Source of the DNA: Tubulanus polymorphus
Lineage: Eukaryota > Animalia > Nemertea
Assembly: GCF_964204645.1 (NCBI RefSeq)
Contig: NC_134025.1
Span: 14,260,001 to 14,324,000 of the forward strand
DNA: 64,000 nt
Direction: 5' to 3'
Position 1 is the stretch's first letter; each line of letters starts with the position of its first letter. Below the pieces are notes generated by a model, which worked only from the letters and a program-made list of their open reading frames with translations, did no database searches and had not been told where the DNA came from. Made by a program: the position numbers and the translations under genes. Positions 1-12,348 of this stretch are shown piece after piece.

Positions 1-705
1 TTTTGTGGCCAAAAATGTCAATTTTGGCCCGAATTCTAGGTCCTGTAGCTTCCTACTGGTTTGCCATTTCTCATTGCAATTTGTGATGGGTATTCTTTGG
101 AAAGGGATGTTTTATACCTGAGACAGATATTGGTATCACAATCAATTGAAAAATCATAGGTGCTGACATATTCTATGATTGTGGTGAGTTTCAAGGTCAT
201 TGGTTTTTTTGTATGGTCAACAGGGGGCATTGAACACGAAATTGTTAGATTGTTGAGCATTTGAAACCACTTCCCAAGTGGGCATGGTGTCCCTGGACCC
301 CTAGTTGAACTTTTTGATGGAAATTTTGAAGATGCTTTAATCAATTACCTTTATCTTTCTTATATATTTGAATCCTCCAAGGGCCCATTAGCATAAGAAA
401 AATTGGGTCGATCAGACTCGAGATGGCCGTCCTATGACCTAGTAGGTGCCCAAAAATGTCTATTTTGGCCCGAATTTTGAGTCCTGTAGCTTCCTACCGG
501 TCTACTATTTCTCATTGCATTTTGTAATGGGTATTCTTTGGAAAGGGTTGTTTTATACCTGAGACAGGTATTTTTGATCAGCCGATTATGACGCAATTGG
601 CGGCCATTTTGGTGTCATCAGTACTCATTCGTAGGTGGGAAAAAGTTTTTCGACATTAAATTGATACCTAAGCATATTGTGTTACTATAATCAATTGGAA
701 AATTG
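1..705 (+). mobile_element. HINE-like family A: internally deleted 3' part (ends at about 306) followed directly by a second partial copy
   Basis: Matches the 1031-2301 copy. 3' end CCCAAGTGGGCATGGTGTCCCTGGACCCCTAGTT ends at 306, then the sequence restarts mid-element (GAACTTTTTGA..GAAATTTTGAAGA). Confidence 0.8.
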
Positions 706-1030
706 TAGCCCATAGGGCTTCAGAATTAGGAGGCTAAGGAAACCATGCCAATTTCAATTTCCAATGCTAAGAATTGCAATTTCAAAATTTTTTACATAGA
801 ATGCAAAAGCAGTTTCCAACTACGCAAAACATTGAAGCCTAATCTGGTATTGATCCGATTAAAATCGTAGGACTAGAATTGTAGGACTTGAGTAGACAAT
901 GATAAGCAATGACAGTGAACCGCTTTTCGTTGATGGCAGGTACTTTCATACAATCTATAACCTATTTACTCATTACTGTTCAAAACATTCAGTTACTTGC
1001 CTCTAATCTAGCTTCCTTCAAAAGCTCTCC

Positions 1031-2301
1031 TTTTTTAGCCCACTTGGGACTTTAGTCCCAGCGGGCTATTGCGTTCACTTTTCCTCCGTCGTCCGTCCGT
1101 CCGTCCGTAGACGGAATCCAGTTATTTTGGGAAGTTTTGAAGACGCTTCAAGGTAATGTCTTGATATTTGGGTTACACATGTATCTCCCCTAGACACATC
1201 TTCAGCCCAAAAACTGGCCGTGTCAGAATCAAGATGGCCGACAAGCAGCCATTGTTGTTCGCCAAAATCAGCACTTTTTACACATTTTTGAACTTTTTGA
1301 GGGAAATTTTGAAGACGCTTTGATCAATTACCTTGGTCTTTCGGATATATGTGAATCCCCCCAGGGCCCATCAACATAACAAAAATTGGGTCGGTCGGAC
1401 TCAAGATGGCCGTCCTATGACCTTTTTAGTGCCCAAAAATGTTAATTTTGGCCAGAATTCTGAGTCCTGTAGCTTCCTACTGGTTTGCCATTTCTCATTG
1501 CAATTTGTGATGGGTATTCTATGGAAAGGGATGTTTTATACCTGAGACAGGTATTTTTCATCAGCCAATTATGACGCAATTGGCGGCCATCTTGGTGTCA
1601 CCAGTACTCATTCGTAAGTGGGAAAAAGTTTTTCCACATTATATTGATACCTAAGCGTATTTTGCTACCACAATCAATTAGAAAGTTGTAGCTAATAACG
1701 TGTTCTATGATTGTGGTGAGTTTCAAGGTAATTGGATTTTGTATATGGCCACCAGGGGGCGTTGAATAATACAATATCTTAGCATTTCTTTATTATATTC
1801 GTACCTATGCATATTTTGTAACCACAATCAATTGGAAAGTTGTAGCTCATGACATCATCTATGATTGTTGCGAGTTTTAAGGACATTAGTTTTTCTATAT
1901 GGTCACCAGGGGGCGTTGAATAGTAGAATAACTCAGTATTTCCTTATTATATTGGTACCTAGGCATATTTTGTTGCCATGATCAATTGCAAAGTTGTAGT
2001 TCATGATATGTTCTATGATTGTGGTGAGTTTCGAGGTCATTGGGTTTTGAATATGGTCACCAGGGGGCGTTGAATAGTAGAATGACTTAGTATTTCCATA
2101 TTGAATTGGTAACGAGGCATATTTTGTTATCACAATCAATTACAAAATCGTAGCTGCTGACATGTTCTATGATTGTGGTGAGTTTCAAGGTCGTTGGTAT
2201 TTGTAAATGGTCACCAGGGGGCGTTGAATATTGAAATTGTTAGATTGTTGAGCGTTTGAAACCACTTCCCAAGTGGGCATGGTGTCCCTGGACCCCCAGT
2301 T
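1031..2301 (+). mobile_element. Non-autonomous Helentron-associated (HINE/DINE-1-like) element, family A, full length
   Basis: 5' TTTTAGCCCACTTGGG subTIR plus hairpin GGGACTTTAGTCCC, (GTCC)n microsatellite, central 154-bp tandem repeats, 3' CCCAAGTGGGC subTIR plus short stem-loop, T-rich insertion site. No ORF. Confidence 0.8.
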
Positions 2302-3959
2302 TCCCACCAAATCAGGATATTTTAGTGCTATGTCAGAACACATATTATTAACCGCTCGATTATAATCTGCTCTTGGACCAGATTCTGACAGAATCTTCGT
2401 TCGTTACCTTATATGTGCAACATGTTGGGCTTCGTTCATGATGAGACCAGACGCGTTGAGTGAAGTCTGCGTTGGTGTTCCTTTACAAATTTAAAGATAT
2501 TAGTTGAGTAAGGCAAATAAAATTCATATAGGCAAACAGTTTTGATTGCGTGTAAAATTGTTAACAGATATTATCTAGAAAATTTTCAGTGGTTTTAAGC
2601 GAACCTATGGTTCGCTTTTGCTATCATTAGCTGATGACGTCATGCTTCAAATTCATTTGCCCATCGCAAAAAATTTCAGTAAAATGGGTGGCACGCTTTT
2701 TATCTAGATGGTCCTGGGATCTGATATTTTTATCAGAGGTGTCATATAGTATCTATTTTACGATCTGAAAATTTCATATTATTCCGAACTCGTGTTTTTG
2801 TGAAATAATCGAAAAAAAGGCCAAAATCGAAGCAAATTGCAGTTCTTTTTGTATACATGCGTTTCTCTGAAGTCAAAATAGACCCGGACCGCTAGTACTA
2901 CAAAGTTTTGGGTGTTGTTCAAACATTTTCACATAATTTTCGCTGAAAAACGTCTAGATTTACTCCCAGGCCGGTCTAAATGCAGGGGTCCTGCTGCTCG
3001 CGCCTAACTCGCAATTGACGATGCTTGACCTATGAACTATGGTTTTTTGGATAGATCCGAGAAATATGGTAGCCTCTTAGGAACATTTTCAAATTTCTGG
3101 TCTGGATAGAATGCGCCAAATGGTGGATTTTAATTTCAAATTCGAATCAATCGAGATCAAGGTTTCATTTTATTTCATAATGTTTCAGTCGCAATGTTGA
3201 CATTGTGTTTCAACAGATCAAAGTTTCGGTTTCTTTGATTACATTTCTGAATGACCCCGATGCGTCTCCGTACACTAGAGACACTCGCACTACCGCGCAT
3301 TTCCTGGTTTATTCACACATGTATTTACACGGTATTTCTACTCATTGAAGGTAAGATATTCAATGAATAATGATTGTCATTGGTCCTTAGTGCCCGAAAA
3401 TGTCGACCATAGCAAGATGTTAGAACGGGACGGACATAGTATCAATCCTCTGTCTATTACTATGTGATTGCAATTCAATTCAATGCAATTTAATTTTTAT
3501 TTAATATTTATTGATCTTACTCATTGTTTTACAGATACCGGTACCCCAAGAAGGAATCACGACCTCAACTCATTGCAGCAGGAATTATAGATTTTTTCGA
3601 ATAACACGTTTCAACTCATATAAGACAAAACTTCGATATGATTAGGCCAGCTGAATTTGGCCTAGCTCCTATCCTTTCTTTTAATATGAATATTATTATC
3701 TGAAAATAAATATGATTATTAACACAAGAGTTGCCGTTTGATTTTGATCGCTCCTTTGAGGGTTTGAAAGGCAATGTGTATATCGATTTTCCTCTTCCCA
3801 TCTTGCCACCAGCCCTTAGTGCAATAGGACCATTGTGTAATCCATTTTAGACGTTTAAACTGCCTATTGATTATGGTCAGGTGAGCCACAAGACCATTGG
3901 TCTTATTTTAAAAGGTCTATTCATGGAAAATGGGCGGGCAATTTTTTCTAGGATTACGG

Positions 3960-4159
3960 TGTCGAGAACATAAGTGAGAATAATTGAGAATTTGGTTCTG
4001 ATGAACAACGTATTTACATTTGTTTACACTACACTTTACGGATTGACATATGCTCTGCTCGCGAGAGCTGCAAAACGACATCTGCCGTACACATACCATA
4101 CAGTCGATCATGCGCACTAGTCGTGGCGCGAAAACCTTGGCGGGAAAATATTCCCGACA
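3960..4159 (-). repeat. 3' LTR of BEL/Pao element 1 (200 bp, TGT...ACA)
   Basis: Direct repeat of 7830-8028; I count 8 substitutions plus 1 indel. Confidence 0.95.
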
Positions 4160-4317
4160 TACTCCCGGCCCAAACAGGTTGTACAAATAAACAGAGAACG
4201 AATTACATCTAGATTACGCCTGGTGAAATTGAAGTTACAAACTACAAATTACAAAACATGTGTTAACATAATTAATTAGTACAATCGCGATAATTACGGT
4301 ATCGTCGAATACACAGT

Positions 4318-7300
4318 TCATTGTGTCGAATTCAAACTATTCATTTCACGGATATTTTTACGTGCGATCCATGCAGCACGGCGCTGCGGCCGGGCCGAGT
4401 GCAACTCCGAACCGAGTTCTGGACCACGTTCGACTGTCTGTTCATTCACCTCCGAAGAACCGGCATTTACCTCTAGCGGATAGAGTTTTGTTAACAGTCT
4501 ACTAGTCGTTCCTGTTGCGGTTTTAAGTAACGCTGAACGCACGACGTTGTCCAGGCCGAAATTTAAACCGGTGACTCTCCCAAGTCTCCAGTCGACTCGC
4601 GGTCCATCATTATGAATTAGGACGATGTCCCCAACGCGAACGCTTGAACTCCGACTTCCGGAATTAACATGAGTCTCGCACAAAGCTGTAAGATACTCAT
4701 GTTGCCATCTTTTCACGAAATGCTGATACAGGTGAGCTCGGTGCTTAGCTCTGTATTGAATAGCTGTCTCTGTGAACTCCGGATCGCGCAGATCATCGAC
4801 GTTTACGACGGAATACGGTACAGTCGATATACGGCGTCCCTGAAACAATTGGGACGGTGTTATCGGATCAGGGTCCTTTTAAATCACTGGACACGTACGT
4901 GCCACCAATTTCCAGATGACATTCAAACCGGCAGTTAGACGCCGAATTTCCTGGACACGGTTGGACTCAAATTGTCTTAAACATTTTCCAGCAGTAATCC
5001 AGCTCAGCACTATCTGGCTGTCAGACCAAATGTACGAAGATACGTTCAGATCAAGATTTTCAATTATATGTCGTAACAAGCGAACTGCAATGCATGCAGC
5101 CATTAGTTCCAATTTCGGAATCGTCAGTTTCCTTGTAGGTGCTACCCTATTTTTTGAACAGACCAAGTTGACATTTGCACCGTCCTTGCAGTACACAACA
5201 GCACCATAAGCAGATTTGCTTGCATCCGCAAAAATGTGCAGTTCAATATCTCGGCTATCTGTGATTGATTGTCTATCAAATTGAAGTCGTGATGTTAACT
5301 GTATGTCTGAAGAAATGTTCATCCAATCGTGTTTAAACTCGTCGGATAAGGGTACATCCCAGTCAATGTCAAGTCCCCATAGTTTTTGTATCAAAATCTT
5401 AGCTCTCACTGTTACGGGAGAAACGAGCCCTAAAGGGTCGTACAGTTTAGATGCGTCACTCATATTTGTCTCTTCTTAACCTGAGTTGGGTTCTGTAGAG
5501 ATAATTGACGAAAACTGAGTTTATCGTTAGAAGGGTCCCAGCTCATTCCGAGTACAGAGGTAAGGTTTGATTCATCCGCAACGGAATCAGAATCAGCTAA
5601 TGATTTCACTTCCAGTGAGTTGCACGACCAAGACTTTAGATTGAAACCACCACGTGACAGGAGGTTTCTAGCCTCTTTATAAGTACGAACCACAGCCGAC
5701 TCGTCGATGAAGGTACAAACGATGTTGTCTATGTAGATGTTGTGGTGAATAATACTGGATATATCACACGGGTTGAGTTTAAGGTGTTTCAAAATTGCTG
5801 CATTCAACAAAAAGGGCGAACAAGATGCACCAAACAGTACTCTACAAAATCTTAAACTGACAAGCTCACTGTCTGGGTCGGTTGGATTTTCCAACCATAA
5901 GAATCACGTAAAATTTCTATCTTCTTCACTCAGCTCAGTCATCAAAAATGCCTTCTCTATGTCTGAAATAGTCACGAACTGATGACGCCGAAACCTCATA
6001 AGAATAGATGTTATATCGTTGTGAAGGCGGGGACCGACCTCTAAACAATCGTTGAGACTAGCCGAACTTTGTGTAACCTTGCATGAGCAATCATAGACTA
6101 TTCTGACGGGCGTTGTAGCCGAGTCGCGATGGACGGCATGGTGGGGAATATAATGACACGGTTCATTGTTTGGTGATGCATCAGGAACCCTTTCGATAAA
6201 TCCCCTGTTTAATTGCTCTTCGATGATAGTAGCATAATTTGAAAGATGACCACTTTCTAAAAGTCGCCGGACAGTAGATTTCAACCTCTGACAACTGATA
6301 GAATAATTGTTTGGTAATGGTGGGTGAGATGACTTCCAAGGGAGACGGGCTATATATCTTTGTCGGCTCGCATCGTATGTCAAGAGTCTTTCACAATAGT
6401 CCTCAACACTCAATGCTGAATTGTTCACATCATCAGGATGCTGAATGCCAAGCGACTCAAGTGTCCAGAAGTCATTTAATCCAGAAACGTCAACGTCACC
6501 GTCAGGTGTCAACATACTAAGAAAGGATGAAGTAGTGTTTTGGCAACAATTATCGATAGGGCCACAAACAAAATATACCACCTTTGATTCTATGGCTGTA
6601 GGGCCATTATTGAAATTAACTGGGCGTATCTGGTTTTCGAGAACAAATGCATAATAGAAATCAGACCCAATTAGTATATCTACCGAAAAAGTTTCATTTT
6701 CATCGATTGGATGAGCCAATTCTAAGTCATGTGCGTAATTGTAATTTCTAAGCAGGGTTATGTAATTTGCGGCACCACTAGTGCCTCAATTTCAACAGTT
6801 GACTGATCATTACATAAAATATTGACCTTGACAACGTCCGGAGAACGAAACTGTGAACTAGAGCTGACGCCACCAAATCCTGAAATATTTATCTGATCCG
6901 ACGCACAAAGCCGAAGCCTCGGTCGATTGAAAATCACCAGAAATAGTAACAACAGCTGTTTTCAACAAGATACAACTATTATGCTCCGATGAACACTGGG
7001 TACACATATTTTGGTCATATTTTGTACTAATGTTAGGTGTAGCCTATCAAGAAGTACGGGTACAAGTCAATCTCCATAACTGTCGGGCGTTTTCCCTTAG
7101 CCTTCTAGTGATCTCACGTATAAGATTACATTATCATAAAACGAACGGACACCAAATGCGGTATTTGGAGGCTCTTATAACTGGAGGAGAGCCTTCATAT
7201 ACGAAGATATGAGACGTGAGGGCTCGCCGAATCGCGATTTCAATAAATCAATTGCCCGCTCATAATTGTCACCGCTACAACTTATTCCTGCTATGCACGA

Positions 7301-7810
7301 TAATGCATCGCCTGACAAACATGATCGCAAATAAGTAAATTTATTGACATTCGGAATATCGGTTTTGTGCCCGCCGGTCTCGAAACTATCCCAGAAATTG
7401 CTCCACTCTAGGACTAGGCCTGAAAATTTTGGCAACTGCAATATGGGCAATTTTTTATGCAAATTCGTTTTTGAATCGGAGTCCGAACGCGTCCTATTTA
7501 TCTTGCCTTTTGTTTAATCATTGACCAATCTTTGAGCATTGAATACAGATCGTTCATAATCGTCGTGGGAGAGGAATTCTTTCTCAATGTCATTCTCAGA
7601 GTCGAGAAATCTCACAATCTGGTTGTTTATTTCGTCTTAATCACGAAGCTTATCTTGAAGTGTCGAAATATAGTCGCAAAGCATCTGATAATCAGTTGAA
7701 CCTGCAGTTATCGAATTTTTAATGTCAGTTACATACCTCGTCACAACAGAACGAATCCTTCTTCGACTTCCTTTAAGTTGTTGTAACAATTTATCCGTAT
7801 CTTGTTCCAT
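4318..7810 (-). pseudogene. Disrupted gag-pol of BEL/Pao element 1
   Basis: ORF fragments 7637-8029, 7175-7462, 6758-6952, 5904-6719, 5460-5894, 4879-5463 and 4318-4848 lie in collinear domain order, with stops and frameshifts; integrase core is missing. Confidence 0.9.
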
Positions 7811-7829
7811 TTCGAGGGACCAAAACTTA

Positions 7830-8028
7830 GGTCGAGAACGTAAGTGAGAATATTTGAGAATTTGGTTCTGACGAACAACGTATTTACATTTATTTACACT
7901 ACACTTTACGGATTGACATATGCTCTGCTCGCGAGAGCTGCAAAACAACAACTGCCGTACACATACCATACAGTCGATCATGCGCACTAGTCGTGGCCGA
8001 AAACCTTGGCGGAAAAATATTCCCGACA
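7830..8028 (-). repeat. 5' LTR of BEL/Pao element 1
   Basis: Direct repeat of 3960-4159, followed on the minus strand by the PBS and gag ATG (MEQDTDKLL). Confidence 0.95.
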
Positions 8029-8681
8029 TACGGGTGACTTAAAGAATTTGGTCGCATGGATGGGTACACCTTCCTTATTGGTACGTTACCAGTGTTTGAT
8101 ACCCGGAATAAAAGCTTACCATCAAATAATTCCTCAACTGTGAAGCCGACTCAAGATTTTCAAATTGCTTGGGTAGTAACTGTTGTGTTTTGGATTCCTA
8201 TAGCTATGACAAATGAACAACCAACTCTATAATCGCCATATTATAAACTCGATTTCTATCAAACTCCACCAGAGGGCGCAATGCCCTGGTACAATATATT
8301 TAGCTAACACTACAATAACTTCATTTAGTTACCATTGATAACAACTTACTTTGATTCATGACAACGACCTCATCCTTTTCCGACTCACAATCTTCTTCCT
8401 TGAGGAATACAACTGAGAAATCAGGCAAGAATGTGTAGTACTCATCTGTGATTTTGGTTTCATCTTGGTAAAGATTACCATTACTTATGTTGGCTTTTAC
8501 ACAAGCTGTAATGTCAAATGAAATTAGTGGTATAAGAATTTTTATTTATCACTACGTATCCTGCCAAGATGAAACATCAAGTCCCAGCTTCAAAAGGGGT
8601 GTATGATATTGTTTAACACAATCCCTTGACACTCATTGCCATAAAGTGAAGAAAATTTTGAATTAATTTCGATAATAACTT

Positions 8682-8720
8682 AAAATATAGCTGCAAAGCA
8701 GCGATAACGGGTTTTCTGCA
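8682..8720 (-). mobile_element. 3' terminus of HINE-like family B (subTIR plus GCTGC-TTT-GCAGC hairpin)
   Basis: Minus strand CAGAAAACCCGTTATCGCTGCTTTGCAGCTATATTTT; subTIR matches the 5' end at 12310-12348. Confidence 0.55.
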
Positions 8721-8729
8721 CAGTCTTAG

Positions 8730-9030
8730 AATCCTGTTCAACGGTGGATTTCGACGAAGCATTTGATAAGGCACAACATCAGCCATTACTAAACAGGCTA
8801 TTAGGAAACAGTATCAATGATAGGTCGCCCAAATGGCTCAGCAGTTATCTCTGAACGAAAACTTGTAGCCGAAATCAACGGAATGCCTCATCTTGGAATA
8901 AGTCGGTCAAACTAGTGGAGTCACGCAAGGTAGTATCCTAAGTTGTCTTCTGTTTATTGTCCTGACAAATGGCATACACAGTAATCCAACATATACCAGA
9001 CCGAGTAAATTTCCAAATCGACCTTAACAC
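8730..9030 (+). pseudogene. Highly decayed CR1/L2-type LINE reverse transcriptase fragment
   Basis: Reads VDFDEAFDKAQHQPLL...KWLSSYL...TSGVTQGSIL (DFxKAFD and GVPQGS-like motifs). Confidence 0.7.
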
Positions 9031-9575
9031 GCTGTTCGACCAAAAAACTTAATGTTCCAACAAGAAAATCTTGTTCGAATGAAAATAATTCTGTTTGATC
9101 GAACAATACGCTTTTAGCTTGAACCAAAAATTTTCTTCATTCTGACAAAAAATGTGTTCGAATAAAAAGCTATGTTATTGTTGAAATGAAAAAAAATTTG
9201 GTTGAGCGAAAACAATTTTTTTCGAACGAATGTTTGAATGAAAACAATTCTGTTCGATTGAACGAAATACTTAATACTTTCGGTTCGGAGAAAAAACTTT
9301 TTTCAATATACTTGTTCGAACGAAAAACTTAATGTTCTGACAAGAAAATTCTGTTCGAATTAAAACGATTCTGTTCAATTGAATGATTGTTCGAACGAAA
9401 AACCTTTCATTTGGACAAAAAAAAGTTTGTTCAACTTTGTTCTAACGATTTTTTCAAATTGGTTCAATTGTATAGAATATTATTGGTTCGAACGAAATAA
9501 ATTTTGTTCCGGCGAAAGAATTTTCGAGCGAAAGGACTTTTGAACGAAAAAAAAAGATATTTCTGGTGCTCCGCA
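9030..9575. repeat. Degenerate short tandem repeat region (TGTTCGAACGAAAA-like units)
   Basis: Recurrent TTCGAA/ACGAAAA motifs; ends in GGTGCTCCGCA, which resembles a decayed CCGTA terminus. Confidence 0.6.
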
Positions 9576-10032
9576 GTAACTTAAAGTCAGACGTAGGTTG
9601 TTCTTGTGACACGATGCGATCCTCGCGTTGCATCGCAAGTTTCGATGCAAGTCGCTTGCAATACGATTGTGTGCGACTAGTTTCTGCCAGTCGCAAGAGC
9701 GCGTCGGTTGGTTGTGACAGTCGTGTCGCGTCGCAGAAAGTAGAACACGTACGACTCCATGTGACTGGCGTTGCTGAAAGATGAGGACGCCAGTGATATG
9801 ACGACTGAGTTTCAAGTCGTCAAAACGTCACGATATGTCGACATATTCATGTCGAATTGATGCGATATATCGACATAAATATGGCGACTTATCGAGTTGG
9901 AACGCAACAACTCGAGGCCCTTCATCGCTTCCGTAGATCTTTCACTAAGTAGGATCACTTGAATGATCGCTTTAATATCACTTTAAAAAAAAAAGAATCT
10001 GCCAAAATGACTTTAATATTCGACACTATATC

Positions 10033-10448
10033 TACAGAAGCGATAAGGGGCCTCGAGATGACGCGTTCCAACTCGACAAGTCGCCATATTATTGTCGACA
10101 TACCGCGATATATCGCGTCAAGTCGACATGAATATGTCGATATATCGTGACGTTTTGACGACATATTTCGTTTTCTCAACCATTTTCCTCGCGACAAGTC
10201 GACGTATTCATGACGACTTGAAACTCAGTCGTCATATTACTGGTGTCCTCATCTTACATTTAGACATGTCTTCAAATGACGGCTTGTCCCCTGGAAAATG
10301 AGCAATTAAGCGAAATTTGTCGTGAAAACGTCACGATATGTAGACATATTCATGTGGACTTGACACGATATATCGCGATATATCGACATAAATATGGCGA
10401 CTTGTCGAGTTTGAACGCGACAACTCGAGGCCCTTTATCGCTTCCGTA
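10033..10448. mobile_element. MITE with TAC(A/G)GAAGCGATAA TIRs and 7-bp TSD CTATATC (IS3EU-like termini)
   Basis: TACAGAAGCGATAAGGGGCCTCGAG...CTCGAGGCCCTTTATCGCTTCCGTA; CTATATC at 10026-10032 and 10449-10455. A partial second copy lies at about 9780-9935. Confidence 0.8.
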
Positions 10449-10537
10449 CTATATCAGATTAATCGACTTCAAAATAGGCGAAAGCATAAGTCTTTATTAC
10501 GTTATTAATTGGCCTAATTATTCAAAAGCTAATAATG

Positions 10538-11150
10538 TGGGCGACAAAACCAAAAAATGAATTGTCGCGGGCGATAAAACCAAAATAATCAATTGTCGCG
10601 GGCGATAAAACCAAAATAATCAATTGTCGCTGGCGATAAAAGCAAAATATTGAATTGTCGCGGGCGACAAAACCAAAAAAATGAATTGTCGTGGGCGACA
10701 AAACCAAAAAAAGAATTGTCGCGTGCGACAAAACCAAAATAATGAATTGTCGCGGGCGACAAAACCAAAATAATGAATTGTCGCGGGCGACAAAACCAAA
10801 ATAATGAATTTTCGCAAGCGATAAAACCAAAATATTGTTTTGTCGCGGTTGACAAAACCAAAATAATGAATTGTCGCGGGCGACAAAACCAAAATAATGA
10901 ATTGTCGCGGGCGATAAAACCAAAATATTGAATTTTCGTGGGCGATAAAACCAAAACATTGAATTGTCGCGGCAGAAAAACCAAAATCTTGAATTGTCGC
11001 GGGCGACAAAACCAAACTAATGAATTGTTGCGGGCGATAAAACCAAAATAATGAATTGTCGCGGGCGATAAAACCGCGACAAAAAAAAAATTGTCGCGGG
11101 CGATAAAACCAAAATAATGAATTGTCGCGGGCGACAAAATCAAAATTATT
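10538..11150. repeat. 30-bp minisatellite (AATTGTCGCGGGCGACAAAACCAAAATAATG-like), about 20 units, subterminal to a CCATA terminus at 11248
   Basis: Read directly; explains the spurious LVLSPATIHYFGF ORFs. Confidence 0.9.
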
Positions 11151-12269
11151 GTTTTGTCGCGTTATTTTAGTTTTGTCGTTTTGTCATAATGTCGCCCTCA
11201 TTTGCATATACGTGTTTTTTTTATGCATGGCCCTTATCAGCCACCATACTAAAGCCTTAAGGTCGCGTAAAACTCGATAAACACTTCAAGCGACACAGCG
11301 AACGATCTCCTTTCCCCCACAGCGAACGCTTAAACTAGTAGAGGCTACTAGCCTATGTAGGCCTATGTATATGCGTAGGCCTAACATCCGGACAGATTGG
11401 TCGTAGGCCTATTGAATTTAACAACCCACCTAAATATCGTAAATTTTGTTTTGAAGTTCAATCCAATGAGTCCGGTAATAAACGCAACAATTGTACTGTG
11501 TTTGTTTGAGACAGTAAAGCTCAGTACCGGTAGGCCTAAATTTGCGTCAAACTCGATAAACACTTCAAGCGACACAGCGAACGATCCCTTTCCCCCACAG
11601 CGAACGCTTACTCCGAATGTCAAGTGTGAGTCCAGCATACGGAAAGGATTATGTGTTATATACTTGTATTTAGTAAATACCTTGTGCATTTGACAATGAT
11701 CGGTATGTACTGTAGGAAAAATAGGTATTGTTATACTAACTCCTTGAAACCCGCAGCCAAATCACTGGTAGTAATAAATTAATTTGTACTCGATTTGATT
11801 CTCATGATGAGGAGAAACTCGCAGCTAATCCCTGGAACGACGATGTAGTAACACACGTCGATTCGTCGATGTTTACGGCTCGACAGTGCTTTTAAAATCT
11901 AAAGTAGTAAATTTCCAGTGTATCGGTAATATGATTTGATGAGGAAAATGGGCTATTGTTAAAATCACTGTTTGAAGACCGCGACTGAATTTGAAGTCTG
12001 CGGCAATAAATTAGTTCATTTATACTTGAATTGATAATCGAAGTGACAGTCGGCCTGCGGGTTGATTTCGGGATGACGACTCGAAAAACATGTCGCCCCA
12101 TTGAATGGGGCTAAATTTTCGATGTTTACGGCCCGACAGCGCTTTTGTAACGATGATTCGTGAAAAAACACGCGGGCTATTTGTAGATCTCAGTGAGCTG
12201 AACGATATTATATGGATTGTATATGAAACAGCGGTAAGGTAACAAAGCCTATGTTCTTTTGGTAAAAAT

Positions 12270-12348
12270 AGTGTGGAAGAAAATAATAATAATAATAATC
12301 ACGCGGATATCAATAGGGTTTTCTGTGAAATAACAGAAAACCCTAATT
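12270..12348 (-). mobile_element. 5' terminus of HINE-like family B
   Basis: Hairpin TAGGGTTTTCTG...CAGAAAACCCTA followed on the minus strand by an (ATT)n tract; a related CAGAAAACCCTATTG fragment lies at about 14995. Confidence 0.55.

Larger units (their letters stand above)
3960..8028 (-). mobile_element. BEL/Pao LTR retrotransposon, internally deleted, two LTRs, 5-bp TSD TACGG
   Basis: LTRs 3960-4159 and 7830-8028; TACGG at 3955-3959 and 8029-8033. PBS-like TGGTCCCTCGAA and PPT-like GGGCCGGGAGTA on the minus strand. Gag (LPKFSG..EWSNFWDSF), RT (DIEKAF, YIDN), Pao RNase H (LYDPLG, FADAS, WSDS) and integrase C-terminus (RWQHEYL). Confidence 0.95.

Noticed and set aside
3340-3560. Splice-like signals (GAAG|gtaaga at 3350, tttacag at 3534) as upstream host exons
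   Set aside because: Translation shows no M16 N-terminal similarity and no compatible phase 1 donor was found.
10538-11150. CRISPR-like array of 30-bp palindromic repeats and its three overlapping ORFs
   Set aside because: Head-to-tail units with no unique spacers, no cas genes and a eukaryotic context; the ORFs are repeat artefacts.
8682-12348. Single intact family B element spanning both termini
   Set aside because: The ends match in orientation, but the interior is a patchwork of LINE and MITE pieces starting right at the 3' end, so they may come from different copies.
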